Source of the DNA: Candidatus Terrybacteria bacterium RIFCSPHIGHO2_01_FULL_48_17
GTDB lineage: Bacteria; Patescibacteriota; Minisyncoccia; Terrybacterales; 2-01-FULL-58-14
Direction of reading: 5' to 3'
Assembly: GCA_001822835.1 (NCBI GenBank)
Contig: MHSS01000002.1
Location: 65,060-129,059 of the forward strand
DNA length: 64,000 bases
Shown: piece after piece, positions 1 through 9,478 of the stretch
Layout: each line of letters begins with the position of its first letter
Position numbering within the stretch: position 1 is the first letter of the stretch
The notes under the pieces: generated by a model
Seen by the model: the letters and a program-made list of their open reading frames with translations, nothing else
What the model was told of the DNA's origin: nothing
Database searches by the model: none
Program-made: the position numbers and the translations under genes

Positions 1-1
1 T

Positions 2-874
2 TTCGACACACCCGCAAGATTCATCCATGATTTGTGGGAAAAACTTTTGTGGGGAGATCAGCCGGCCGGATGGCACGTGGGGGGTACTCCGCAAAGCGTT
101 GGGCAGATTACATATAAGGATCTTTCGGCCTTTTTCAAAACACACTATGTGGGGCATGCCACAGTGGTATGCCTTGCGGGCGCTGCACAACAAGCCGATC
201 TTAATCCTATGCGTAAACTTTTTTCTAAGATCGGCGCGGGAGAACAACACCAGCACTCAAAAATTCAGGAGGAACAAACCCATCCGCAGGTTCTTGTATA
301 TTATAAAAAGACCGATCAGACGCATATTGACCTTGGATTTCGCGCGGTTTCCTTAACCCATCCCATGCGATATGCTCTTGCGGTACTTGCAACGGTATTG
401 GGAGGAACCATGTCCTCGCGCCTTTTCTTGGAGCTTCGAGATAAACTCGGGCTGGCATATAGTGTAAAAACCGAGACATTTTTTGATACGGAATCTGGAT
501 ACTTGGTAACTTCTGCAGGAGTTAAGCATGAGTATTTAGAAAAGGCGATACGGGCAGTGCTTGCTGCGTACCACCATGCAAAAAAGTACCCGCCGGCACG
601 AGAGGAGCTTATGAAGGCAAAAGAGGCGATGCTTGGCCGTTTTGTGCTCGATTTGGAGCAGACGGATGAGGTTGCTTCGTATGTGGCAACGAATGCGTTA
701 TTACTCAACAAGTATGAGTCGGCGGAGGAGGAAATGCGGCGGCTCAAGCAGGTAACCGCCAGACAGATTCAGGAAGCGGCGAGATTGTTTTTTACTCCCG
801 AACGTCTTAATTTTGCGCTTATCGGACCTTATCGTGATAAAAAACCTTTCTATAAACTTTTAAATAATTTTTGA
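2..874 (+). CDS. M16 family (insulinase-like) peptidase, 5'-truncated by window
   Basis: Open frame from the window start. C-terminal M16 motif LGGTMSSRLFLELRDKLGLAYSV. Confidence 0.88.
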   Translation, partial: FDTPARFIHDLWEKLLWGDQPAGWHVGGTPQSVGQITYKDLSAFFKTHYVGHATVVCLAGAAQQADLNPMRKLFSKIGAGEQHQHSKIQEEQTHPQVLVYYKKTDQTHIDLGFRAVSLTHPMRYALAVLATVLGGTMSSRLFLELRDKLGLAYSVKTETFFDTESGYLVTSAGVKHEYLEKAIRAVLAAYHHAKKYPPAREELMKAKEAMLGRFVLDLEQTDEVASYVATNALLLNKYESAEEEMRRLKQVTARQIQEAARLFFTPERLNFALIGPYRDKKPFYKLLNNF

Positions 875-932
875 GTTTCTTATACCGTTCCGTTATACTA
901 CTCACTACTTCCTGCTTTCTATTTTCTAAATT

Positions 933-1943
933 ATGTCTCTCGATATTCCCACAAAAACGATTGTTCGAGTGTTTGCAGCGCTTTTTATTGTTGCGCTGGT
1001 TTTGGTCTTGAAAGATATATTGGCGCTGTTTTTTTTGGCGCTCGTGGTTGCCTCTGGCCTTTCTCCTGTTATTGGATGGATGGAACGGAGGGGGTTTCCG
1101 CGCATTTTGGCTGTCACCATGCTTTTTGTTGGCGCGGCATTATTTATTGCGGGGCTGTTTTGGTTACTGATCCCCCCAATTTTGGAAGACATTAGCGAAC
1201 TCTCCAAAAATTTCCCCTTGTATGCCGAGCTTTTACGCGATAGTATTTCCCGTTTTGGTATTGCGCCGGAGGGTGCGGTTGGGGTTGGGGTTTCAGAAGT
1301 ATTTCGGGAGTTCGCCAATTATTTTGGCAAGGGAGTAACGGCGATTCCCGCAATTGTCTTTCAGTTTTTTGGCGGCATCATTGCGCTGCTTTCGTTTGTG
1401 TTGGTAACGTTTTATCTTGCGCTTGAACGGGATGGCGTTGAGCGATTTTTGAAAGCAATAGCGCCGGGGGAGGAGCCGTACGTTGTGGATCTGTGGCGCC
1501 GCGCGCAGCGGAAAATCGGATACTGGGCGCGCGGGCAGGCAGTACTTATGATCGTGATTGGCCTGGTAACGTATGCGGGGCTTTCGGTTTTGGGCGTGCG
1601 GTATGCCTTATTGCTTGCGGTATTGGCCGGACTTTTAGAGGTGGTGCAGCTCGTGGGGCCCATCGTGGCGGGTACCGTTGCGACCATTGTCGCGTTTTCT
1701 TCTTCTCCTTTGCTTGCCGTGGGGGTAGTACTTTTGTATGTTGCGATTCAGCAAATTGAGTCCAATATATTGGTTCCGGTCGTTTTCAAAAAAGCACTTG
1801 GCCTTTCTCCGGTTGTGGTGATATTTGCCTTGCTTGCCGGCGCAAAACTAGGAGGGGTGGTGGGCATGATTATTGCCGTGCCTTTGGTTGCTATTTTGTC
1901 GGAGCTTTTGTCAGATTTTTCTAAGGGGAAAATAAAATTGTAG
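933..1943 (+). CDS. AI-2E family transporter
   Basis: Multi-TM protein with QQIESNILVPVV and LSPVVVIFALLAG..LGGVVGMIIAVP motifs. Confidence 0.9.
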   Translation: MSLDIPTKTIVRVFAALFIVALVLVLKDILALFFLALVVASGLSPVIGWMERRGFPRILAVTMLFVGAALFIAGLFWLLIPPILEDISELSKNFPLYAELLRDSISRFGIAPEGAVGVGVSEVFREFANYFGKGVTAIPAIVFQFFGGIIALLSFVLVTFYLALERDGVERFLKAIAPGEEPYVVDLWRRAQRKIGYWARGQAVLMIVIGLVTYAGLSVLGVRYALLLAVLAGLLEVVQLVGPIVAGTVATIVAFSSSPLLAVGVVLLYVAIQQIESNILVPVVFKKALGLSPVVVIFALLAGAKLGGVVGMIIAVPLVAILSELLSDFSKGKIKL

Positions 1944-1976
1944 AAGCGGCTCAAAGCGCGGACTTGCGCGGATTTA

Positions 1977-1991
1977 CCCGCCAGAGGCGGG
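1977..1991. repeat. 15-nt mini-hairpin CCCGCCAGAGGCGGG
   Basis: Lies between convergent genes. Its exact reverse complement is at 37867-37881. Confidence 0.7.
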
Positions 1992-2002
1992 CAAGCGCCG
2001 AC

Positions 2003-2452
2003 CTACGCGGACAATACGACTAATAGTAAAATCGTTGCCATTGCAACGTCAAATGGGAGGGTTTTGATAATCTTTCGCTCGCCCCGATAATGAAGCTTGC
2101 GATGAAATGCCCGAAATTGTTTCAAAAAGGGGATTTTGGGAAATAGAGATTGCATAACCCATAGCCCGTCGGGAAGCATGGCAAGAAACGCTGCCAAAAA
2201 TAAAAGCGGTTGCCAGCCCAACAAAAGCAAAATAATGGCAAACCCGGCGGATCCTTCAAGAACAGCACCCCCGATATTGAAGAACAGCCATGCCCCGCGC
2301 CTCTTTTCTTTGATCGCCTGTACCGAATAGTCGGTATGCGGCAGCCAATCAAACGCGAAGTGGCTTACAAAAGCCAACGGCAGCGCAATGAGCGGTTGCG
2401 GCATTATAGAAGCAATGGCTGCACCGGAAAGGGCGTGTAAGGCGAGTACCAT
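2003..2452 (-). CDS. membrane protein, possible metal-dependent hydrolase (YdjM-like)
   Basis: Hydrophobic, with H..G, SHFAFD.LPH, PD and HRKLH motifs. Confidence 0.55.
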   Translation of the reverse strand: MVLALHALSGAAIASIMPQPLIALPLAFVSHFAFDWLPHTDYSVQAIKEKRRGAWLFFNIGGAVLEGSAGFAIILLLLGWQPLLFLAAFLAMLPDGLWVMQSLFPKIPFLKQFRAFHRKLHYRGERKIIKTLPFDVAMATILLLVVLSA

Positions 2453-2464
2453 ATTGTAATAAGC

Positions 2465-2590
2465 TCAAATGTCCAAGCCCAAATGTCAAATAAATGTCCA
2501 ATGACTTAATGTCAAAGACCCGCGCATTCGGTTTTTGACATTGCTGCTTGGGATTTTGTTTGGCATTTGGATTTTGATATTGGGATTTGT
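2465..2590. repeat. degenerate ~7-nt-period tandem arrays arranged as an inverted pair
   Basis: CAAATGT/CCAAGCC/CAAATGT units are followed by complementary-type TTTGACA/TTGGGAT/TTTGGCA/TTTGGAT units. Confidence 0.7.
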
Positions 2591-3298
2591 ATGAGCGGTA
2601 TATTATACATCGTCGCCACCCCCATCGGAAATCTTGAAGATATCACCTTGCGGGCGTTGCGCGTGTTAAAAGAGGCGGATATGGTATTGGCGGAGGATAC
2701 GCGAGTCACAAAAAAATTGCTTTTTCATTATCACATTGAAAAGCCCCTTTTGTCATATCGGCAGCACTCGGGCGAGGGAGTGGTTGAAAAGATATTAAAA
2801 CTGCTTAGGGAGGGGAGGCGCCTTGCGTTGGTAACTGATGCAGGAACGCCAGGCATTGAAGATCCTGGAAACAAGCTCGTTGAAGAGGTGATTAAGCGAT
2901 TGGGTGATGGGGTGAACGTTGTTGTAACTCCCGGCGCATCTGCGCTGACAGCCCTTGCGTCGGTTGCGGGTATTTCCATGGACCGTTTTTGTTTTTTAGG
3001 GTATCCTCCGGCAAAAAAGGGGCGCAAGAGATTTTTTGAAGAAATGGCGCACGGCAGTCACGCCACGATACTTTATGAGTCACCTCACCGCATTCTTCGT
3101 ACGCTCGAAGATATAAGAGCCATCGTCGAAAACGAACGCTATATTGTCATTGGCCGCGAACTTACCAAAAAGTTTGAAACGATTTATCGCGGCAGTGTTG
3201 AGAAAATACTCGCGCAATTAGTGAGTCAAAAACCACAAGGCGAATATACGATTATTGTTGGGGCGGAAAAAGGAAAAGGCCGCAGAGCGGCCAATTAG
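2591..3298 (+). CDS. rsmI: 16S rRNA (cytidine1402-2'-O)-methyltransferase
   Basis: LYIVATPIGNLEDIT, AEDTR, DAGTPGI.DPG and YESPHR motifs. Confidence 0.95.
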   Translation: MSGILYIVATPIGNLEDITLRALRVLKEADMVLAEDTRVTKKLLFHYHIEKPLLSYRQHSGEGVVEKILKLLREGRRLALVTDAGTPGIEDPGNKLVEEVIKRLGDGVNVVVTPGASALTALASVAGISMDRFCFLGYPPAKKGRKRFFEEMAHGSHATILYESPHRILRTLEDIRAIVENERYIVIGRELTKKFETIYRGSVEKILAQLVSQKPQGEYTIIVGAEKGKGRRAAN

Positions 3299-3504
3299 AT
3301 AAGGTGCAATACCGCCAACCAAGAAAGAACGGTCGGTACTAAAAGCATGATAGTGATGAGCAGCGCGTATACGGAAAGCGCGACCTTAACAGCAGCCATT
3401 GTTGCAAAATCTGGTCCTTCTTTGGTTTCGCTTCGAGCGTAATAGATTGCAGCAACAAGGCCCATGATACACATTATGGTTAAGCTTATAGCAACTACCA
3501 ACAC
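3295..3504 (-). CDS. small two-TM hypothetical protein
   Basis: Two hydrophobic segments, with an AGGAG SD before a GTG start. Confidence 0.55.
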   Translation of the reverse strand: MLVVAISLTIMCIMGLVAAIYYARSETKEGPDFATMAAVKVALSVYALLITIMLLVPTVLSWLAVLHLI

Positions 3505-3568
3505 GAGCTTCTCCTTTGCCTGTTTTTATTAAAGATCCACCCCGTGATCTTAGTACCGTTTCATTTCT

Positions 3569-5056
3569 ATGTCAAATAAATTCTACATCACCACGGCAAT
3601 CGCATATACGAATGCGCCGCCTCATATCGGGTTTGCCCTGGAATTGGTGCAGGCGGATGTGTTGGCGCGGCTTCACGGTCTGCGCGGCGAAAAACGTTTT
3701 TTCCTTACTGGTACAGATGAGCACGGCCGAAAAAATATGCAGGCGGCACAGGGTGCCGGCAAAAAACCTGAAGAATTTGTTGATGAAATGGCGGGGCGTT
3801 TTGAAAAGCTCGCTCGCGCATTAAACGTTTCCAACGATGATTTTATAAGAACATCCGATCAAGACCGCCATTGGCCGGGCGTTGTCCAATTTTGGAAACA
3901 ACTTCAAGAATCCGGAGATCTATACAAAGCTCAATACGAAGGGCTTTATTGTTCGGGTTGCGAGGCATTCAAAAAACAAAGCGATCTTGAAGATGGCATG
4001 TGTCCTGACCACGGCAAAGTTCCCGACAGGGTGAAGGAAGAAAACTGGTTTTTCCGTCTTTCAAAATACCAAAAAGAGCTTACGCGCATTATTGGAGCGG
4101 ACGAACTTCGTATAGTGCCGGACACCCGTAAAAACGAAGTACTGTCATTTATTGCGCAAGGGCTGGAAGACGTTTCCTTTTCGCGTCCCCGAAGGGATTT
4201 GCCTTGGGGCGTTCCGGTTCCGGGCGACGACGCCCAAACTATATACGTTTGGGCCGATGCTTTAGTGAATTATCTTACCGGAATAGGGTACGGACACGGA
4301 CCTGGGGACAGGGTTCAGGGGACAGAAAGATTTGAAACATTCTGGCCGGCGGATATTCATGTTATCGGCAAAGACATCTTGCGATTCCATGCGGTAATCT
4401 GGCCGGCAATGCTGTTGTCGGCAAGATTGACGTTGCCCAAAATCCTTTTAGTGCATGGGCACATTCTTTCCGCTGGTAAAAAGATGTCAAAAACAATCGG
4501 AAACGTCGTTGACCCTTTTGCTATTGTTGAAAAATACGGGGTAGACGCAGTACGTTATTTTTTGCTAAAAGAAATTCCGACAACCGCAGACGGTGATTTT
4601 ACTGAAGACCGATTCCTTGAGGTTTATACTTCATCGCTTGCCAATAATCTTGGGAATCTGGTAGGGAGGATTGCCGCGTTGGGTAAAGATCAGGAGATAA
4701 CAGTACAGGCAGGACAGGATATTCAGGAAGTTGCAAAACGCGCGTGGGCAGAATACGAAGCGGCGTTTGCCGCCTTGCGGCTTGATGAGGCGTTGGGTGC
4801 TGTAGATAAGTTTGTCGGTTTCGGGAACGAATTCGTTGAGCGTACAAAGCCATGGGAAGGTGAGCATAATTTGCACGGTGCCTTGCCGCAGCTTGCGTGG
4901 ATGCTTGGCAATATTGCGTGGATGTTAGCACCACTTTTGCCCGAGACCGCGCGCAAAATTTTTGACCAATTAGGAATTGATCCGGGAGATACTGCGTTGT
5001 GGGAAGGAGAGAGTATTAAAATGAAAAAGGGCGCTTCGTTGTTTCCGAGGTTTTAA
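3569..5056 (+). CDS. metG: methionine--tRNA ligase (short form)
   Basis: HIGF, GTDEHG, YVWADAL, GKDILRFH and KMSKT motifs. Confidence 0.96.
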   Translation: MSNKFYITTAIAYTNAPPHIGFALELVQADVLARLHGLRGEKRFFLTGTDEHGRKNMQAAQGAGKKPEEFVDEMAGRFEKLARALNVSNDDFIRTSDQDRHWPGVVQFWKQLQESGDLYKAQYEGLYCSGCEAFKKQSDLEDGMCPDHGKVPDRVKEENWFFRLSKYQKELTRIIGADELRIVPDTRKNEVLSFIAQGLEDVSFSRPRRDLPWGVPVPGDDAQTIYVWADALVNYLTGIGYGHGPGDRVQGTERFETFWPADIHVIGKDILRFHAVIWPAMLLSARLTLPKILLVHGHILSAGKKMSKTIGNVVDPFAIVEKYGVDAVRYFLLKEIPTTADGDFTEDRFLEVYTSSLANNLGNLVGRIAALGKDQEITVQAGQDIQEVAKRAWAEYEAAFAALRLDEALGAVDKFVGFGNEFVERTKPWEGEHNLHGALPQLAWMLGNIAWMLAPLLPETARKIFDQLGIDPGDTALWEGESIKMKKGASLFPRF

Positions 5057-5058
5057 TA

Positions 5059-5203
5059 CTCGCGATGAGCTTTTTCGCTTTCTGCGTTCCGCCCACCGAG
5101 CGGAACGCAGGGACTCGGCCTGCGCTCCCGAGCACTCAACGCGTTGAGTGCTCGGACCATGGCCGCTCCGGCCTCGTAACCCGCTCAAAAGCTCATCGTT
5201 CGC
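5059..5203. repeat. structured GC-rich post-stop element (layers X+Z)
   Basis: Outer stem GCGATGAGCTTTT/AAAAGCTCATCGT, an 11-bp hairpin with CCACCGA loop, and a perfect 28-nt palindrome at 5128-5155. Shares motifs with the elements at 42421, 45782, 55848 and 59631. Confidence 0.85.
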
Positions 5204-5234
5204 ATATTAAAGAAGTCATCAGTCCTCATCAAAT

Positions 5235-5831
5235 ATGTTTAGGGAAAGAGAAACAAAGGAAGATTGGCGGGAGGATTTTGAGCGTGAGGTGATTCGGCGT
5301 TCGGCAGTTTCCGATGAGGAGCTGGTACGCAAGCGCGCAGCACCCTATGAGCCGCCGGCATTTGAAATTCGGGAAGCCCGTGAACGCGATGAATATATGG
5401 TGACATCACGAGAGATTTTGGATTTGTATCGTCTTCATTCGCAGATGACGGGTGATTTGTGGCCTAAAGCGGCGCCGTCGCTCCGTCCTTATTATGAAAA
5501 GCAGCTCGAACGTGTTTGGAATAAATTGCGGTGGACAATTCGACAAGAAACGCAAGAGGCAGAACAATCAGAACCCTTTTTTGATCAAGGACAACAGGAT
5601 TTCGCAAGAAAGCTCGAGGCGCTTTGGAATTCCATGGAAGAGCTCGGAGATAATGAAGACGATCAAGAGCATCGTTTCCATCAGATTGAAATTATTGGGC
5701 GAATTATTCACAGCCTGCATATTAACGGTCCACTCGCCCGATATTTGGTACGTGATATGCGCAATTTATCTGACGAACAGATTAAAGATTTTTTTGATAA
5801 ATTAGGCAACTACTACTACGCAGTTGCGTAA
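5235..5831 (+). CDS. hypothetical protein
   Basis: 198-aa charged ORF filling the metG-tatD gap. No family recognised. Confidence 0.7.
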   Translation: MFRERETKEDWREDFEREVIRRSAVSDEELVRKRAAPYEPPAFEIREARERDEYMVTSREILDLYRLHSQMTGDLWPKAAPSLRPYYEKQLERVWNKLRWTIRQETQEAEQSEPFFDQGQQDFARKLEALWNSMEELGDNEDDQEHRFHQIEIIGRIIHSLHINGPLARYLVRDMRNLSDEQIKDFFDKLGNYYYAVA

Positions 5832-5864
5832 CTGTGCCACCAAGCACCGTGTAACTATATCTCT

Positions 5865-6734
5865 ATGCCACAATTGGTAGATATCCATGGTCACATACAA
5901 TTTTCGGCATTCAAAGACGACGCCGACGAAGTGATAAAACGCGCCATAGATTCTGGCGTTTATATTATTGCGCCTTCGTCCCAGCTTTCCACTTCTAAGC
6001 GGGCGATTCTGTACGCGGAAAAATATCCGGGAAAGGTATTTGCAGCCGTAGGATTGCATCCAATTCACTTAAAACCCGCAAAGTTCGATCCGTCTGAGGG
6101 AGAAGCGCCTTCTTTTCAAACGCACGGAGATCAATTTGATGAGAAAACATGGCGGCCGTTGGCGGAGAATAAAAACGTGATTGCGTTGGGTGAGGTGGGT
6201 TTGGACTATATTGATCGGCTTGAGCTTTCAGAAAAAGACCGCGACGTGCAGGAAGAAACATTCCGCAAAGAAATTGAGTTGGCGCTTTCGGTCAATAAGC
6301 CCATTATCCAGCATTGCCGTTCAGGCATTGTCGAAGGCAAGGAACGTGATGCCCACGACGACGCGCTCCGCATCATCCGCGACTATATCCTGAACTCTGA
6401 ACCCTCTACCCTGCGTGGCGTTGCCCATTGCTACTCCGGCAATATCGGGCAAGCCAAGAAATATCTTGATTTGGGATTTCATCTTTCGTTTACCGGCCTT
6501 ATTACTTTTAACAACTTATGGGACGAGGTAATAAAAATGGCGCCTTTGGAGCGCCTGATGGTCGAAACCGATTGCCCGTATATGACACCGATACCGCATC
6601 GCGGCAAGCGCAATGAACCGATGTACGTGCGTTATATGGCAGATAAAATCGCGGAACTGAAAGGATTTTCTTTTGAAAGGGTAGCGGAGCGAACCACAAA
6701 GAATGCACAAGAGCTTTTTGGATTGCCATTGTAA
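5865..6734 (+). CDS. tatD: TatD family DNase
   Basis: DIHGH, GLHP, GEVGLDY, HCYSG and ETDCPY motifs. Confidence 0.95.
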   Translation: MPQLVDIHGHIQFSAFKDDADEVIKRAIDSGVYIIAPSSQLSTSKRAILYAEKYPGKVFAAVGLHPIHLKPAKFDPSEGEAPSFQTHGDQFDEKTWRPLAENKNVIALGEVGLDYIDRLELSEKDRDVQEETFRKEIELALSVNKPIIQHCRSGIVEGKERDAHDDALRIIRDYILNSEPSTLRGVAHCYSGNIGQAKKYLDLGFHLSFTGLITFNNLWDEVIKMAPLERLMVETDCPYMTPIPHRGKRNEPMYVRYMADKIAELKGFSFERVAERTTKNAQELFGLPL

Positions 6735-6769
6735 CCCTACAGAATATGTTTTAGTATAAAAAGGTAATT

Positions 6770-7231
6770 ATGATGGCCATCATAAAATTCTTTCGTTCTC
6801 TTCCAAAATCTCTGCTCGGGGGAATTCTTTTATTGTTTCTTGCGGGCGTTTTCGCAAATGCGGTTCCAACGCTTCACGCAGAACTGTTATTCCTTGATGG
6901 AGTCGTCCCCACGTTTTTATTGTGGGACCTCGTTTCTGATGGAGAGATCAACGCATGGTATCTGGATATTCCTGAAAATCCTTATTTGAAAATTATAAGT
7001 CCGGTGTATTTAGATCTTATTCTTCCAGCTATTGCTCTGCTTCTTTTTTGGGCGATAAGACCTCCTCGTACCACAAAACGTTTACTGGCCCGTCTTTTTT
7101 TAGTTTTCCTAATTCCTTTAATTTTAATACTCCTTCCAATACTGATCGGGATATTCTTATCCACCACGTTGTTTGCTCCCCCTCCTTTTTCTGATGTACC
7201 GGGCATTGACCCGACGTATTTCCAACAATGA
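6770..7231 (+). CDS. hypothetical membrane protein (cargo between tatD repeats)
   Basis: About 3 TM segments. Its TGA stop lies inside the 55-bp repeat. Confidence 0.75.
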   Translation: MMAIIKFFRSLPKSLLGGILLLFLAGVFANAVPTLHAELLFLDGVVPTFLLWDLVSDGEINAWYLDIPENPYLKIISPVYLDLILPAIALLLFWAIRPPRTTKRLLARLFLVFLIPLILILLPILIGIFLSTTLFAPPPFSDVPGIDPTYFQQ

Positions 7232-7352
7232 ACCGATGTACGTGCGTTATATGGCAGATAAAATCGCGGAACTGAAAGGACTTTCGTTTGAAAAAGTGGC
7301 CGAGCAGACAACAGAAAATGCTATAACTCTTTTTGGGTTAAACATCGCTTGA
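7226..7352 (+). pseudogene. second, diverged copy of the tatD 3' end
   Basis: 7226-7280 is identical to 6611-6665 (55 bp). It then encodes LSFEKVAEQTTENAITLFGLNIA* versus FSFERVAERTTKNAQELFGLPL* in tatD. Confidence 0.9.
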
Positions 7353-7415
7353 CGCTTATCGTGTAAGATGTAATAACGAAATCGCGCTCTTTGAAATACA
7401 AGGAAAGGAAAGTAG

Positions 7416-7748
7416 ATGACGCTTGAAGAAGCGAAGCAAATCATGACGGATTTTGTGGAAGTCCACGTGAAAACCCCGCCATTTAACGAATACATCAACG
7501 TGGTGGCACTTACCGATCGTATTACGGCGGAATTGATGTTAGCCGGAAGGGATCTTTCAACAGCTTCGGCAGAAGAAATGAAAGCGCAGCTTGAGGGCAA
7601 TGGCGAAAATCCCGATATGTGGGTGATTGCGCTTAGTGTCAAAACAGATTTGCCTCCGGAACTTTCATTGCCGAAAGAATATAAGGGTTTGCGCGTGTAT
7701 GTGTGCTGGAAGGGCGAATTTGTCTCTCATGGGAGGAGCAGAAAATGA
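7416..7748 (+). CDS. small hypothetical protein, paralogue 1
   Basis: AGGAAAGG SD and C-terminal LP.EYKGLRVY motif. Confidence 0.8.
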   Translation: MTLEEAKQIMTDFVEVHVKTPPFNEYINVVALTDRITAELMLAGRDLSTASAEEMKAQLEGNGENPDMWVIALSVKTDLPPELSLPKEYKGLRVYVCWKGEFVSHGRSRK

Positions 7749-8068
7749 CCGAAGAAGAAGCGGTTGCGATCAAAACGGAATTTTCACGGAAATATATGCG
7801 AAAGGACCCGTGGAGTGATTACGTAAATACGTGTGCCCTTTCTGATTTAGCTACTGCAGAATGGATGACGGCAGATACACAAACCCAATTATCCCCCGGC
7901 GCACTGGAAGCCATACGAGTGCGTCTTGAGAAGAAGGGTTATAAGGCAGACGATTGGTGCATTACCGTCGGTCTCCGTAAACTTTTACCCAATAATTTGC
8001 GGTTGCCGAGCGCCTATAAAGGTTTGCGCGTTTATATCTGCTGGCTTGGCGAAGTTGTCGTCCACTAG
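7745..8068 (+). CDS. small hypothetical protein, paralogue 2
   Basis: ATGA overlap with the previous gene, GGAGGAG SD, LPSAYKGLRVY motif. Confidence 0.8.
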   Translation: MTEEEAVAIKTEFSRKYMRKDPWSDYVNTCALSDLATAEWMTADTQTQLSPGALEAIRVRLEKKGYKADDWCITVGLRKLLPNNLRLPSAYKGLRVYICWLGEVVVH

Positions 8069-8074
8069 GAGGTC

Positions 8075-8299
8075 TTGATGAATTATCAGCAGGCACGGCA
8101 GGCGAGGAAAGATTTTATGCGAGAGCACTTGCAGCAATTTAGCGACACGGTACACTCATGTAATCTTCTTGTGAAATGGAGCAATCCTCCGCAATGGACG
8201 ATTTACCTACGGCTCAAAAAGGAATTGCCGCAAGGCATGTACCTGCCGGAAACTTACCGAGGATTGAATGTCCGCACAGAGGTGGGAGGAAAAAAGTAA
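8075..8299 (+). CDS. small hypothetical protein, paralogue 3
   Basis: AGGAGG SD and LPETYRGLNV motif. Confidence 0.75.
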   Translation: MMNYQQARQARKDFMREHLQQFSDTVHSCNLLVKWSNPPQWTIYLRLKKELPQGMYLPETYRGLNVRTEVGGKK

Positions 8300-8646
8300 T
8301 GAAAAATCATGTAACTTGGAATGTGATCGAGCTTACTATTTTTGAGGCGATTAGGAGTGATCTTTCGGCAGCGCGCTCTGGGATTATGCGAGGCAATAAT
8401 TTACCCTCGCAACACCGAATTTTTACCGCATTGCTGAAAGCAGGTTATCTCACCAAAACCTTTGATCCCGCACGCTGTTGGAGGCCGATGGAAAGGCATT
8501 GCGACAACGAGATCGAGGCGTCAATTAGTAATACTTTTGAAGAATATCTTGCACAACACAAGAAGGGTGTTTTAAAGATCGGGCCAGATATCGTGCGTCG
8601 TATCTACCAAGCGCTTGCCCAAAAAGGATACGTAAGAAAAAAATAA
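8299..8646 (+). CDS. hypothetical protein
   Basis: TAATG coupling with the previous gene and a GGAGG SD. Confidence 0.7.
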   Translation: MKNHVTWNVIELTIFEAIRSDLSAARSGIMRGNNLPSQHRIFTALLKAGYLTKTFDPARCWRPMERHCDNEIEASISNTFEEYLAQHKKGVLKIGPDIVRRIYQALAQKGYVRKK

Positions 8647-8647
8647 T

Positions 8648-8666
8648 CCCCGCAATTAAGCGGGGT
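8648..8666. terminator. hairpin between convergent genes
   Basis: CCCCGC-AATTAA-GCGGGG followed by TTTG. Confidence 0.55.
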
Positions 8667-8672
8667 TTGTTC

Positions 8673-9371
8673 TTATCCGTCAATGCCGACATATTTTGTG
8701 TCGCGGAACAAGGATTTTTCCAAATCCCAATAACGGTTTTTTGCATCCGCTGGCTTTTGTTCAATCACCGAAACGTCGTACCAGGGATGAGGCGTGCAAG
8801 GGAATGGTACTTCTACATTTTCCACTACGAGGCATTCAATCGATATCCCCGCTTGTCGCGCAAGATAGTTTCGGTGCACGCCGTCCATCAGGATCAGACG
8901 ATCTCCGTGTTTTTCAACGATAGGGGGTAAGTAATGGCCAAGTACGCTTTCCCCGCTCTGTGTCGTTCCTATGATGAGGCAAGCAAGGAAACGGGTAAAG
9001 CCACGCATCATGCCAAAGCCCTTAAAGGTATCTCGGAAGCCCTCGACAATTGAAATATAGTTCGGCCGATACACGAATTTTTGGCCAAGCACCAGAGAGC
9101 TTGGATCGGTCATTCGCAAGTGTACTTCATGCTCGCAATAGGGCTTTTGCGCTCGATTGAAAGACAAGCTTATGCTTGAAAGCAATTTGTCGCGATAATG
9201 ATCTGGCATGACAACTACGCTTTCTACACGTGCGATATCTTTAGGGGAAACAATCCAGCCGATTTGTTCGCAACCCGGAATTTTTGAAAGGTCGATAGTG
9301 GTGCGGAAACGAAACTCATCAACGCTAATTGGGACAAAATCGGTTTGTGTAGAGGGTGTCCTTAAAGCCAT
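8673..9371 (-). CDS. hypothetical protein with ParB/Srx-like motif
   Basis: PPIVEKHGDRLILMDGVHR resembles the ParB-N PIxV...DGxHR motif. Confidence 0.55.
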   Translation of the reverse strand: MALRTPSTQTDFVPISVDEFRFRTTIDLSKIPGCEQIGWIVSPKDIARVESVVVMPDHYRDKLLSSISLSFNRAQKPYCEHEVHLRMTDPSSLVLGQKFVYRPNYISIVEGFRDTFKGFGMMRGFTRFLACLIIGTTQSGESVLGHYLPPIVEKHGDRLILMDGVHRNYLARQAGISIECLVVENVEVPFPCTPHPWYDVSVIEQKPADAKNRYWDLEKSLFRDTKYVGIDG

Positions 9372-9478
9372 TCCCGTCCTTTTTCTATTGTAAAATGTCT
9401 TTCTTTTTGTATCAGAGATATGCTAAAAAGGTCAACCTGTCTTTTCTTTTGCGCATGTGTTATTGTAAAATATTGTTT

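Noticed and set aside
6611-7352. Diversity-generating retroelement TR/VR pair
   Set aside because: Differences are not adenine-specific, the first 55 bp are identical, and no reverse transcriptase is in the window.
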